This document shows, piece after piece, positions 10,821 through 19,440 of a stretch of DNA of 32,000 nt (positions are counted from its first letter, which is position 1; each line of letters begins with the position of its first letter). The translations under genes and the position numbers were made by a program. This DNA is from Mycobacterium tuberculosis H37Rv (lineage in GTDB: Bacteria; Actinomycetota; Actinomycetes; Mycobacteriales; Mycobacteriaceae): assembly GCF_000195955.2 (NCBI RefSeq), contig NC_000962.3, positions 2,490,001 through 2,522,000 of the forward strand, in the 5' to 3' direction. A model generated the notes under the pieces. The model did no database searches. It was not told the DNA's origin and saw only the letters and a program-made list of their open reading frames with translations.

Positions 10821-10922
10821 ACGACCACGCTACCCCGCTGGGCGGTGTCGCGGCCAGTGTGACCGCTGGACGACACGGCTAGTCGGACAGCCGATCCGGC
10901 GGGCAGTCCTTATCGTGGACTG

Positions 10923-11632
10923 GTGACACGGTGGGACAAACGCGTCGACTCCGGCGACTGGGACGCCATCGCTGCCGAGGTCAGCGAGTACGGTGGCGCA
11001 CTGCTACCTCGGCTGATCACCCCCGGCGAGGCCGCCCGGCTGCGCAAGCTGTACGCCGACGACGGCCTGTTTCGCTCGACGGTCGATATGGCATCCAAGC
11101 GGTACGGCGCCGGGCAGTATCGATATTTCCATGCCCCCTATCCCGAGTGATCGAGCGTCTCAAGCAGGCGCTGTATCCCAAACTGCTGCCGATAGCGCGC
11201 AACTGGTGGGCCAAACTGGGCCGGGAGGCGCCCTGGCCAGACAGCCTTGATGACTGGTTGGCGAGCTGTCATGCCGCCGGCCAAACCCGATCCACAGCGC
11301 TGATGTTGAAGTACGGCACCAACGACTGGAACGCCCTACACCAGGATCTCTACGGCGAGTTGGTGTTTCCGCTGCAGGTGGTGATCAACCTGAGCGATCC
11401 GGAAACCGACTACACCGGCGGCGAGTTCCTGCTTGTCGAACAGCGGCCTCGCGCCCAATCCCGGGGTACCGCAATGCAACTTCCGCAGGGACATGGTTAT
11501 GTGTTCACGACCCGTGATCGGCCGGTGCGGACTAGCCGTGGCTGGTCGGCATCTCCAGTGCGCCATGGGCTTTCGACTATTCGTTCCGGCGAACGCTATG
11601 CCATGGGGCTGATCTTTCACGACGCAGCCTGA
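10923..11632 (+). pseudogene. 2OG-Fe(II) oxygenase-like protein (COG3826 / 'Oxygenase-NA'-type family) split by a frameshift near 11145-11150 (Rv2227-like)
   Basis: Frame A (10923..11150) gives MTRWDKRVDSGDWDAIAAEVSEYGGALLPRLITPGEAARLRKLYADDGLFRSTVDMASKRYGAGQYRYFHAPYPE then a stop. The family-typical continuation VIERLKQALYPKLLPIARNWW...ALHQDLYGELVFPLQ...RHGLSTIRSGERYAMGLIFHDAA is in the -1 frame (ORF 10931..11632). The N-terminus of the 233-aa ORF upstream of the junction is Arg-rich nonsense (MGQTRRLRRLGRHRCRGQRVRWR). Confidence 0.75.
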
Positions 11633-11643
11633 TTGCACGCCAT

Positions 11644-12738
11644 CTATAGATAGCCTGTCTGATTCACCAATCGCACCGACGATGCCCCATCGGCGTAGAA
11701 CTCGGCGATGCTCAGCGATGCCAGATCAAGATGCAACCGATATAGGACGCCCGACCCGGCATCCAACGCCAGCCGCAACAACATTTTGATCGGCGTGACA
11801 TGTGACACCACCAGCACCGTCGCGCCTTCGTAGCCAACGATGATCCGATCACGTCCCCGCCGAACCCGCCGCAGCACGTCGTCGAAGCTTTCCCCACCCG
11901 GGGGCGTGATGCTGGTGTCCTGCAGCCAGCGACGGTGCAGCTCGGGATCGCGTTCTGCGGCCTCCGCGAACGTCAGCCCCTCCCAGGCGCCGAAGTCGGT
12001 CTCGACCAGGTCGTCATCGACGACCACGTCCAGGGCCAGGGCTCTGGCGGCGGTCACCGCGGTGTCGTAAGCCCGCTGTAGCGGCGAGGAGACCACCGCA
12101 GCGATCCCGCCGCGCCGCGCCAGATACCCGGCCGCCGCACCAACCTGGCGCCACCCCACCTCGTTCAACCCCGGGTTGCCGCGCCCCGAATAGCGGCGTT
12201 GCTCCGACAGCTCCGTCTGCCCGTGGCGCAACAAAAGTAGTCGGGTGGGTGTACCGCGGGCGCCGGTCCAGCCGGGAGATGTCGGTGACTCGGTCGCAAC
12301 GATTTTGGCAGGATCCGCATCCGCCGCAGCCGATTGCGCGGCGGCGTCCATCGCGTCATTGGCCAACCGGTCTGCATACGTGTTCCGGGCACGCGGAACC
12401 CACTCGTAGTTGATCCTGCGAAACTGGGACGCCAACGCCTGAGCCTGGACATAGAGCTTCAGCAGATCCGGGTGCTTGACCTTCCACCGCCCGGACATCT
12501 GCTCCACCACCAGCTTGGAGTCCATCAGCACCGCGGCCTCGGTGGCACCTAGTTTCACGGCGTCGTCCAAACCGGCTATCAGGCCGCGGTATTCGGCGAC
12601 GTTGTTCGTCGCCCGGCCGATCGCCTGCTTGGACTCGGCCAGCACGGTGGAGTGATCGGCGGTCCACACCACCGCGCCGTATCCGGCCGGTCCGGGATTG
12701 CCCCGCGATCCGCCGTCGGCTTCGATGACAACTTTCAC
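11644..12738 (-). CDS. Bifunctional RNase HI / histidine-phosphatase (acid phosphatase, alpha-ribazole-phosphatase-like) fusion, 364 aa (Rv2228c-like)
   Basis: ORF 11644..12738 with a GTG start. The N-terminal RNase H fold has the motifs EADGGSRGNPGPAGYG and NNVAEYRGL. The C-terminal half has the phosphoglycerate-mutase-family RHG motif (LLLLRHGQT) and SH (VVSHVTPI). The start overlaps the upstream stop by 4 nt (GTGA). Confidence 0.9.
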   Translation of the reverse strand: MKVVIEADGGSRGNPGPAGYGAVVWTADHSTVLAESKQAIGRATNNVAEYRGLIAGLDDAVKLGATEAAVLMDSKLVVEQMSGRWKVKHPDLLKLYVQAQALASQFRRINYEWVPRARNTYADRLANDAMDAAAQSAAADADPAKIVATESPTSPGWTGARGTPTRLLLLRHGQTELSEQRRYSGRGNPGLNEVGWRQVGAAAGYLARRGGIAAVVSSPLQRAYDTAVTAARALALDVVVDDDLVETDFGAWEGLTFAEAAERDPELHRRWLQDTSITPPGGESFDDVLRRVRRGRDRIIVGYEGATVLVVSHVTPIKMLLRLALDAGSGVLYRLHLDLASLSIAEFYADGASSVRLVNQTGYL

Positions 12739-13472
12739 TCCTCAAATCCTTCGAGCCGCAACAAGATCGCTCCGCATTCCGGGCAGCGCACCACTTCATC
12801 CTCGGCGGCCGCCGAGATCTGGGCCAGCTCGCCGCGGCCGATCTCGATCCGGCAGGCACCACATCGATGACCTTGCAACCGCCCGGCCCCTGGCCCGCCT
12901 CCGGCCCGCTGTCTTTCGTAGAGCCCCGCAAGCTCGGGATCAAGTGTCGCCGTCAGCATGTCGCGTTGCGATGAATGTTGGTGCCGGGCTTGGTCGATTT
13001 CGGCAAGTGCCTCGTCCAAAGCCTGCTGGGCGGCGGCCAGGTCGGCCCGCAACGCTTGGAGCGCCCGCGACTCGGCGGTCTGTTGAGCCTGCAGCTCCTC
13101 GCGGCGTTCCAGCACCTCCAGCAGGGCATCTTCCAAACTGGCTTGACGGCGTTGCAAGCTGTCGAGCTCGTGCTGCAGATCAGCCAATTGCTTGGCGTCC
13201 GTTGCACCCGAAGTGAGCAACGACCGGTCCCGGTCGCCACGCTTACGCACCGCATCGATCTCCGACTCAAAACGCGACACCTGGCCGTCCAAGTCCTCCG
13301 CCGCGATTCGCAGGGCCGCCATCCTGTCGTTGGCGGCGTTGTGCTCGGCCTGCACCTGCTGGTAAGCCGCCCGCTGCGGCAGATGGGTAGCCCGATGCGC
13401 GATCCGGGTCAGCTCAGCATCCAGCTTCGCCAATTCCAGTAGCGACCGTTGCTGTGCCACTCCGGCTTTCAT
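12735..13472 (-). CDS. Coiled-coil protein with a C-terminal C4 zinc ribbon (COG1579/DUF164-type), 245 aa (Rv2229c-like)
   Basis: The ATG at 13472 overlaps the upstream stop by 4 nt (ATGA). The product is [24 protein letters not shown]..., with long heptad-like helices. It ends with CGACRIEI...CPECGAILL (CxxC-n-CxxC). The longer 304-aa ORF extension is Arg-rich and overlaps the NIF3 gene. Confidence 0.85.
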
Positions 13473-14608
13473 GCCTGATCTCTCCCAGTTTCGTGATCGA
13501 GGTTCCACGGGTCGGTGCAGATGGTGCACACACGCACCGGCAGCGACGCGCCGAAATGAGACCGCAACACTTCGGCGGCCTGGCCGCACCACGGGAATTC
13601 GCTTGCCCAATGCGCGACGTCGATCAGGGCCACTTGCGAAGCTCGGCAATGCTCGTCGGCTGGATGATGTCGCAGATCGGCCGTAACGTACGCTTGCACG
13701 TCCGCGGCGGCCACGGTGGCAAGCAACGAGTCCCCGGCGCCGCCGCAGACCGCGACCCGCGACACCAGCAGGTCGGGATCCCCGGCGGCGCGCACACCGG
13801 TCGCAGTCGGCGGCAACGCGGCCTCCAGACGGGCAACAAAGGTGCGCAGCGGTTCGGGTTTTGGCAGTCTGCCAATCCGGCCTAACCCGCTGCCGACCGG
13901 CGGTGGTACCAGCGCGAAGATGTCGAATGCCGGCTCCTCGTAAGGGTGCGCGGCGCGCATCGCCGCCAACACCTCGGCGCGCGCTCGTGCGGGTGCGACG
14001 ACCTCGACCCGGTCCTCGGCCACCCGTTCGACGGTACCGACGCTGCCTATGGCGGGCGACGCCCCGTCGTGCGCCAGGAACTGCCCGGTACCCGCGACAC
14101 TCCAGCTGCAGTGCGAGTAGTCGCCGATATGGCCGGCACCGGCCTCAAAGACCGCTGCCCGCACCGCCTCTGAGTTCTCGCGCGGCACATAGATGACCCA
14201 CTTGTCGAGATCGGCCGCTCCGGGCACCGGGTCGAGAACGGCGTCGACGGTCAGACCAACAGCGTGTGCCAGCGCGTCGGACACACCCGGCGACGCCGAG
14301 TCGGCGTTGGTGTGCGCGGTAAACAACGAGCGACCGGTCCGGATCAGGCGGTGCACCAGCACACCCTTTGGCGTGTTGGCCGCGACCGTATCGACCCCAC
14401 GCAGTAACAACGGGTGGTGCACCAATAGCAGTCCGGCCTGGGGAACCTGGTCCACCACCGCCGGCGTCGCGTCCACCGCAACGGTCACCGAATCCACCAC
14501 GTCGTCGGGGTCGCCGCACACCAGACCCACCGAATCCCACGACTGGGCAAGCCGCGGCGGGTAGGCCTGGTCCAGCACGTCGATGACATCGGCCAGCCGC
14601 ACACTCAT
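13469..14608 (-). CDS. NIF3-family dinuclear-metal-centre protein (GTP cyclohydrolase 1 type 2-like), 379 aa (Rv2230c-like)
   Basis: The ATG at 14608 overlaps the cobC stop by 4 nt (ATGA). The product [33 protein letters not shown]...LLLVHHPLL...[10 protein letters not shown]...DLRHHPA shows NIF3 hallmark motifs. Confidence 0.88.
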
Positions 14609-15699
14609 CGGCGTCCTCCACGCTTTGCCCACTCGGCGATCGCCGCCACCAGCACGGGCCACTCCGGGCGCACCGCCGCCCGCAGGTACCGCGCGTCCAG
14701 GCCGACGAAGGTGTCACCGCGGCGCACCGCAATTCCTTTGCTCTGCAAATAGTTTCGTAATCCGTCAGCATCGGCGATGTTGAACAGTACGAAAGGGGCC
14801 GCACCATCGACCACCTCGGCACCCACCGATCTCAGTCCGGCCACCATCTCCGCGCGCAGCGCCGTCAACCGCACCGCATCGGCTGCGGCAGCGGCGACCG
14901 CCCGGGGGGCGCAGCAAGCAGCGATGGCCGTCAGTTGCAATGTTCCCAACGGCCAGTGCGCTCGCTGCACGGTCAACCGAGCCAGCACGTCTGGCGAGCC
15001 GAGCGCGTAGCCCACCCGCAATCCGGCCAGCGACCACGTTTTCGTCAAGCTACGGAGCACCAGCACATCGGGCAGCGAGTCATCGGCCAACGATTGCGGC
15101 TCGCCGGGAACCCAATCAGCGAACGCCTCGTCGACCACCAGGATGCGTCCCGGCCGGCGTAACTCGAGCAGCTGCTCGCGGAGGTGCAGCACCGAGGTGG
15201 GGTTGGTCGGATTACCCACGACGACAAGGTCGGCGTCGTCAGGCACGTGCGCGGTGTCCAGCACGAACGGCGGCTTTAGGACAACATGGTGCGCCGTGAT
15301 TCCGGCAGCGCTCAAGGCTATGGCCGGCTCGGTGAACGCGGGCACGACGATTGCTGCCCGCACCGGACTTAGGTTGTGCAGCAATGCGAATCCCTCCGCC
15401 GCCCCGACGAGCGGGAGCACTTCGTCACGGGTTCTGCCATGACGTTCAGCGACCGCGTCTTGCGCCCGGTGCACATCGTCGGTGCTCGGATAGCGGGCCA
15501 GCTCCGGCAGCAGCGCGGCGAGCTGCCGGACCAACCATTCCGGGGGCCGGTCATGGCGGACGTTGACGGCGAAGTCCAGCACGCCGGGCGCGACATCCTG
15601 ATCACCGTGGTAGCGCGCCGCGGCAAGCGGGCTAGTGTCTAGACTCGCCACAGCGTCAAACAGTAGTGGGCCGGTGTGCGGGCCAAGAATCCAGAGCAC
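14605..15699 (-). CDS. cobC: Class I/II PLP-dependent aminotransferase-fold enzyme, threonine-phosphate decarboxylase-like (annotated CobC in M. tuberculosis), 364 aa
   Basis: ORF 14605..15699. Aminotransferase class I/II features are present: [16 protein letters not shown], and [15 protein letters not shown] with the PLP lysine. It is the first gene of a 4-gene chain with overlapping stop/start codons. Confidence 0.85.
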
Positions 15700-15713
15700 C
15701 GCCGACGCGTTGT

Positions 15714-16085
15714 CTACGCGGCGACAACCGCGACATCACAGGCAGCTAACAGGGCGTCGGCGGTGATGATCGTCAGGCCAAGCAGCTGTGCCTGGGCGAT
15801 GAGCACACGGTCGAATGGATGTCGATGGTGATCCGGAAGCTCTGCGGTGCGCAGTGTGTGCGTGGTCAACTGACAGCGGCGACGTGCCGCAGCGGCGCAT
15901 TCGATCGGGCACGTAAGAGGCCGATGGCTCGGGCGGCGGGAGCTTGCCGAGGCGGTAGTTGATCGCGATCTCCCAGGCACTGGCGGCCGACAAGAGAATG
16001 CTGTTGCGGACGTCCTGAACAATCGCCCGTGTTTCGTTGACGGCATCCGCAGCCAAACGTGGGTGTCGATGAGGTAGCGCTTCAC
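15714..16085 (-). pseudogene. vapC16: PIN-domain VapC toxin remnant (vapC16-like) interrupted by two frameshifts
   Basis: PIN motifs are split between two overlapping ORFs in different frames. MKRYLIDTHVWL (N-terminus) and ELPDHHRHPFDRVLIAQAQLLGLTIITADALL (C-terminus) lie in ORF 15714..16085. The central NSILLSAASAWEIAINYRLGKLPPPEPSASYVPDRM...PLSVDHAHTAH lies in ORF 15736..16161. The frame switches are near 16047-16055 and 15840-15852. The GTG start overlaps the vapB stop (GTGA at 16082..16085). Confidence 0.75.
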
Positions 16086-16362
16086 CGGTGAAAGCGTTCG
16101 AGCACGTCGTCTGACAACGGAGCGTCCAAATCGTCGGGCACGCGGTACACGCCATGGTCAATGCCTAACCGCCGAGTCTCATGAGGATGCAGCGGCACAA
16201 GCTTTGCTACCGGCTCGCCGCGGCGGGCAATCTCAACCTCTGCCCGCCGTAGACGAGCCGCAGCAGCTCGGACAGGCGTGTCTTCGCCTCGTGAACGCCG
16301 ACCCGCTTCGCAGGCGCCCAGACTTTCGCGTCGACCACCTGCTCACCAAACTTCGCGATCAT
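16082..16362 (-). pseudogene. vapB16: Phd/YefM-type VapB antitoxin remnant (vapB16-like) with one frameshift
   Basis: Hand translation of the minus strand. Frame 1, from ATG 16362 (or TTG 16383), gives MIAKFGEQVVDAKVWAPAKRVGVHEAKTRLSELLRLVYGGQ, then nonsense and a stop (RLRLPAAASR*). The canonical continuation EVEIARRGEPVAKLVPLHPHETRRLGIDHGVYRVPDDLDAPLSDDVLERFHR* is in another frame, ending at TGA 16084..16082. The switch is near the GGCGGG run at 16237-16248. Both pieces fall below the ORF track's size cut-off. Confidence 0.7.
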
Positions 16363-17153
16363 CGCCTGATACCACAGCGCCAACGGGTAGCGGTTTGTCC
16401 AACCGCTTCGTCAACGACAATGGGATCGTGACCGACACGACCGCGAGCGGGACCAATTGCCCGCCTCCTCCACGCGCCGCCGCACGGCGCGCATCGTCGC
16501 CGGGTGAATCGCCGCAGCTGGTGATCTTCGATCTGGACGGCACGCTGACCGACTCGGCGCGCGGAATCGTATCCAGCTTCCGACACGCGCTCAACCACAT
16601 CGGTGCCCCAGTACCCGAAGGCGACCTGGCCACTCACATCGTCGGCCCGCCCATGCATGAGACGCTGCGCGCCATGGGGCTCGGCGAATCCGCCGAGGAG
16701 GCGATCGTAGCCTACCGGGCCGACTACAGCGCCCGCGGTTGGGCGATGAACAGCTTGTTCGACGGGATCGGGCCGCTGCTGGCCGACCTGCGCACCGCCG
16801 GTGTCCGGCTGGCCGTCGCCACCTCCAAGGCAGAGCCGACCGCACGGCGAATCCTGCGCCACTTCGGAATTGAGCAGCACTTCGAGGTCATCGCGGGCGC
16901 GAGCACCGATGGCTCGCGAGGCAGCAAGGTCGACGTGCTGGCCCACGCGCTCGCGCAGCTGCGGCCGCTACCCGAGCGGTTGGTGATGGTCGGCGACCGC
17001 AGCCACGACGTCGACGGGGCGGCCGCGCACGGCATCGACACGGTGGTGGTCGGCTGGGGCTACGGGCGCGCCGACTTTATCGACAAGACCTCCACCACCG
17101 TCGTGACGCATGCCGCCACGATTGACGAGCTGAGGGAGGCGCTAGGTGTCTGA
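16278..17153 (+). CDS. ptkA: HAD-superfamily hydrolase-fold protein reported as protein tyrosine kinase PtkA (291 aa as the longest ORF; true start possibly 16395 or 16428)
   Basis: ORF 16278..17153. HAD motifs are present: VIFDLDGTLTDS (DxDxT), VATSK, and GDRSHDVDGA. The first ~39 codons are Pro/Arg/Ser-rich with GC3 of about 41% and are antisense to the vapB remnant (see findings). The stop overlaps the ptpA start by 8 nt. Confidence 0.85.
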   Translation: MSSPRERRPASQAPRLSRRPPAHQTSRSSPDTTAPTGSGLSNRFVNDNGIVTDTTASGTNCPPPPRAAARRASSPGESPQLVIFDLDGTLTDSARGIVSSFRHALNHIGAPVPEGDLATHIVGPPMHETLRAMGLGESAEEAIVAYRADYSARGWAMNSLFDGIGPLLADLRTAGVRLAVATSKAEPTARRILRHFGIEQHFEVIAGASTDGSRGSKVDVLAHALAQLRPLPERLVMVGDRSHDVDGAAAHGIDTVVVGWGYGRADFIDKTSTTVVTHAATIDELREALGV

Positions 17154-17637
17154 TCCGCTGCACGTCACATTCGTTTGTACGGGCAACATCTGCCGGTCGC
17201 CAATGGCCGAGAAGATGTTCGCCCAACAGCTTCGCCACCGTGGCCTGGGTGACGCGGTGCGAGTGACCAGTGCGGGCACCGGGAACTGGCATGTAGGCAG
17301 TTGCGCCGACGAGCGGGCGGCCGGGGTGTTGCGAGCCCACGGCTACCCTACCGACCACCGGGCCGCACAAGTCGGCACCGAACACCTGGCGGCAGACCTG
17401 TTGGTGGCCTTGGACCGCAACCACGCTCGGCTGTTGCGGCAGCTCGGCGTCGAAGCCGCCCGGGTACGGATGCTGCGGTCATTCGACCCACGCTCGGGAA
17501 CCCATGCGCTCGATGTCGAGGATCCCTACTATGGCGATCACTCCGACTTCGAGGAGGTCTTCGCCGTCATCGAATCCGCCCTGCCCGGCCTGCACGACTG
17601 GGTCGACGAACGTCTCGCGCGGAACGGACCGAGTTGA
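17146..17637 (+). CDS. ptpA: Low-molecular-weight protein tyrosine phosphatase PtpA, 163 aa
   Basis: ORF 17146..17637 with a GTG start. It has the CX5R(S) P-loop VCTGNICRSPMAE and a conserved DP (VEDPYYG). Confidence 0.95.
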   Translation: MSDPLHVTFVCTGNICRSPMAEKMFAQQLRHRGLGDAVRVTSAGTGNWHVGSCADERAAGVLRAHGYPTDHRAAQVGTEHLAADLLVALDRNHARLLRQLGVEAARVRMLRSFDPRSGTHALDVEDPYYGDHSDFEEVFAVIESALPGLHDWVDERLARNGPS

Positions 17638-18452
17638 TGCCCCGCCTAGCGTTCCTGCTGCGGCCCGGCTGGCTGGCGTTGGCCCTGGTCGTGGTCGCGT
17701 TCACCTACCTGTGCTTTACGGTGCTCGCGCCGTGGCAGCTGGGCAAGAATGCCAAAACGTCACGAGAGAACCAGCAGATCAGGTATTCCCTCGACACCCC
17801 GCCGGTTCCGCTGAAAACCCTTCTACCACAGCAGGATTCGTCGGCGCCGGACGCGCAGTGGCGCCGGGTGACGGCAACCGGACAGTACCTTCCGGACGTG
17901 CAGGTGCTGGCCCGACTGCGCGTGGTGGAGGGGGACCAGGCGTTTGAGGTGTTGGCCCCATTCGTGGTCGACGGCGGACCAACCGTCCTGGTCGACCGTG
18001 GATACGTGCGGCCCCAGGTGGGCTCGCACGTACCACCGATCCCCCGCCTGCCGGTGCAGACGGTGACCATCACCGCGCGGCTGCGTGACTCCGAACCGAG
18101 CGTGGCGGGCAAAGACCCATTCGTCAGAGACGGCTTCCAGCAGGTGTATTCGATCAATACCGGACAGGTCGCCGCGCTGACCGGAGTCCAGCTGGCTGGG
18201 TCCTATCTGCAGTTGATCGAAGACCAACCCGGCGGGCTCGGCGTGCTCGGCGTTCCGCATCTAGATCCCGGGCCGTTCCTGTCCTATGGCATCCAATGGA
18301 TCTCGTTCGGCATTCTGGCACCGATCGGCTTGGGCTATTTCGCCTACGCCGAGATCCGGGCGCGCCGCCGGGAAAAAGCGGGGTCGCCACCACCGGACAA
18401 GCCAATGACGGTCGAGCAGAAACTCGCTGACCGCTACGGCCGCCGGCGGTAA
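17637..18452 (+). CDS. SURF1-family membrane protein (cytochrome oxidase assembly-like), 271 aa (Rv2235-like)
   Basis: The ATG at 17637 overlaps the ptpA TGA by 1 nt (TGATG). The product MPRLAFLLRPGWLALALVVVAFTYLCFTVLAPWQLGK...VLVDRGYV...FLSYGIQWISFGILAPIGLGYFAY has two TM helices flanking a periplasmic domain, as in SURF1/Shy1. The 383-aa ORF extension overlaps ptpA in another frame and is Arg-rich. Confidence 0.85.
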   Translation: MPRLAFLLRPGWLALALVVVAFTYLCFTVLAPWQLGKNAKTSRENQQIRYSLDTPPVPLKTLLPQQDSSAPDAQWRRVTATGQYLPDVQVLARLRVVEGDQAFEVLAPFVVDGGPTVLVDRGYVRPQVGSHVPPIPRLPVQTVTITARLRDSEPSVAGKDPFVRDGFQQVYSINTGQVAALTGVQLAGSYLQLIEDQPGGLGVLGVPHLDPGPFLSYGIQWISFGILAPIGLGYFAYAEIRARRREKAGSPPPDKPMTVEQKLADRYGRRR

Positions 18453-19375
18453 ACCAACATCACGGCCAATACCGCAGCCCCCGCCTGGACCACCCGCGAC
18501 AGCACCACGGCGCGGCGCAGATCGGCCACCTTGGGCGACCGGCCGTCGCCCAAGGTGGGCCGGATCTGCAACTCATGGTGGTACCGGGTGGGCCCACCCA
18601 GCCGCACGTCAAGCGCCCCAGCAAACGCCGCCTCGACGACACCGGCGTTGGGGCTGGGATGGCGGGCGGCGTCGCGCCGCCAGGCCCGTACCGCACCGCG
18701 GGGCGACCCACCGACCACCGGCGCGCAGATCACCACCAGCACCGCCGTCGCCCGTGCGCCAACATAGTTGGCCCAGTCATCCAATCGTGCTGCAGCCCAA
18801 CCGAATCGGAGATAACGCGGCGAGCGGTAGCCGATCATCGAGTCCAGGGTGTTGATGGCACGATATCCCAGCACCGCAGGCACGCCGCTCGAAGCCGCCC
18901 ACAGCAGCGGCACCACCTGGGCGTCGGCGGTGTTTTCGGCCACCGACTCCAGCGCGGCACGCGTCAGGCCCGGGCCGCCCAGCTGGGCCGGGTCACGCCC
19001 GCACAGCGACGGCAGCAGCCGTCGCGCCGCCTCGACATCGTCGCGCTCCAACAGGTCCGATATCTGGCGGCCGGTGCGCGCCAGCGAAGTTCCGCCCAGC
19101 GCTGCCCAGGTGGCCGTCGCGGTGGCCGCCACGGGCCAGGACCTGCCGGGTAGCCGCTGCAGTGCCGCGCCGAGCAAGCCCACCGCGCCGACCAGCAGGC
19201 CGACGTGTACCGCACCGGCGACCCGGCCGTCACGGTAGGTGATCTGCTCCAGCTTGGCGGCCGCCCGACCGAACAGGGCCACCGGATGACCTCGTTTGGG
19301 GTCGCCGAACACGACGTCGAGCAGGCAGCCGATCAGCACGCCGACGGCCCTGGTCTGCCAGGTCGATGCAAACAC
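18434..19375 (-). CDS. cobD: Adenosylcobinamide-phosphate synthase CobD/CbiB, membrane protein, ~313 aa
   Basis: ORF 18434..19393. The product ...[35 protein letters not shown]...[15 protein letters not shown] shows CbiB family motifs. GTG at 19375 or GTG at 19393 could be the start. The 3' end overlaps the convergent SURF1-like gene by 19 nt. Confidence 0.87.
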
Positions 19376-19440
19376 TCCGGCAGCGTCGCACACGTGGTCT
19401 ACGCTCAGCTATTTATGACCTCATACGGCAGCTATCCACG

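Noticed and set aside
12735-13649. 304-aa version of the zinc-ribbon ORF, and similarly extended versions of the NIF3 (to 14662), SURF1-like (from 17301), ahpE (to 21338) and lipoprotein (to 22487) ORFs.
   Set aside because: The extensions overlap the neighbouring genes in other frames and are Arg-rich. Internal starts give the canonical 4-nt or 1-nt stop/start overlaps and family-typical N-termini.
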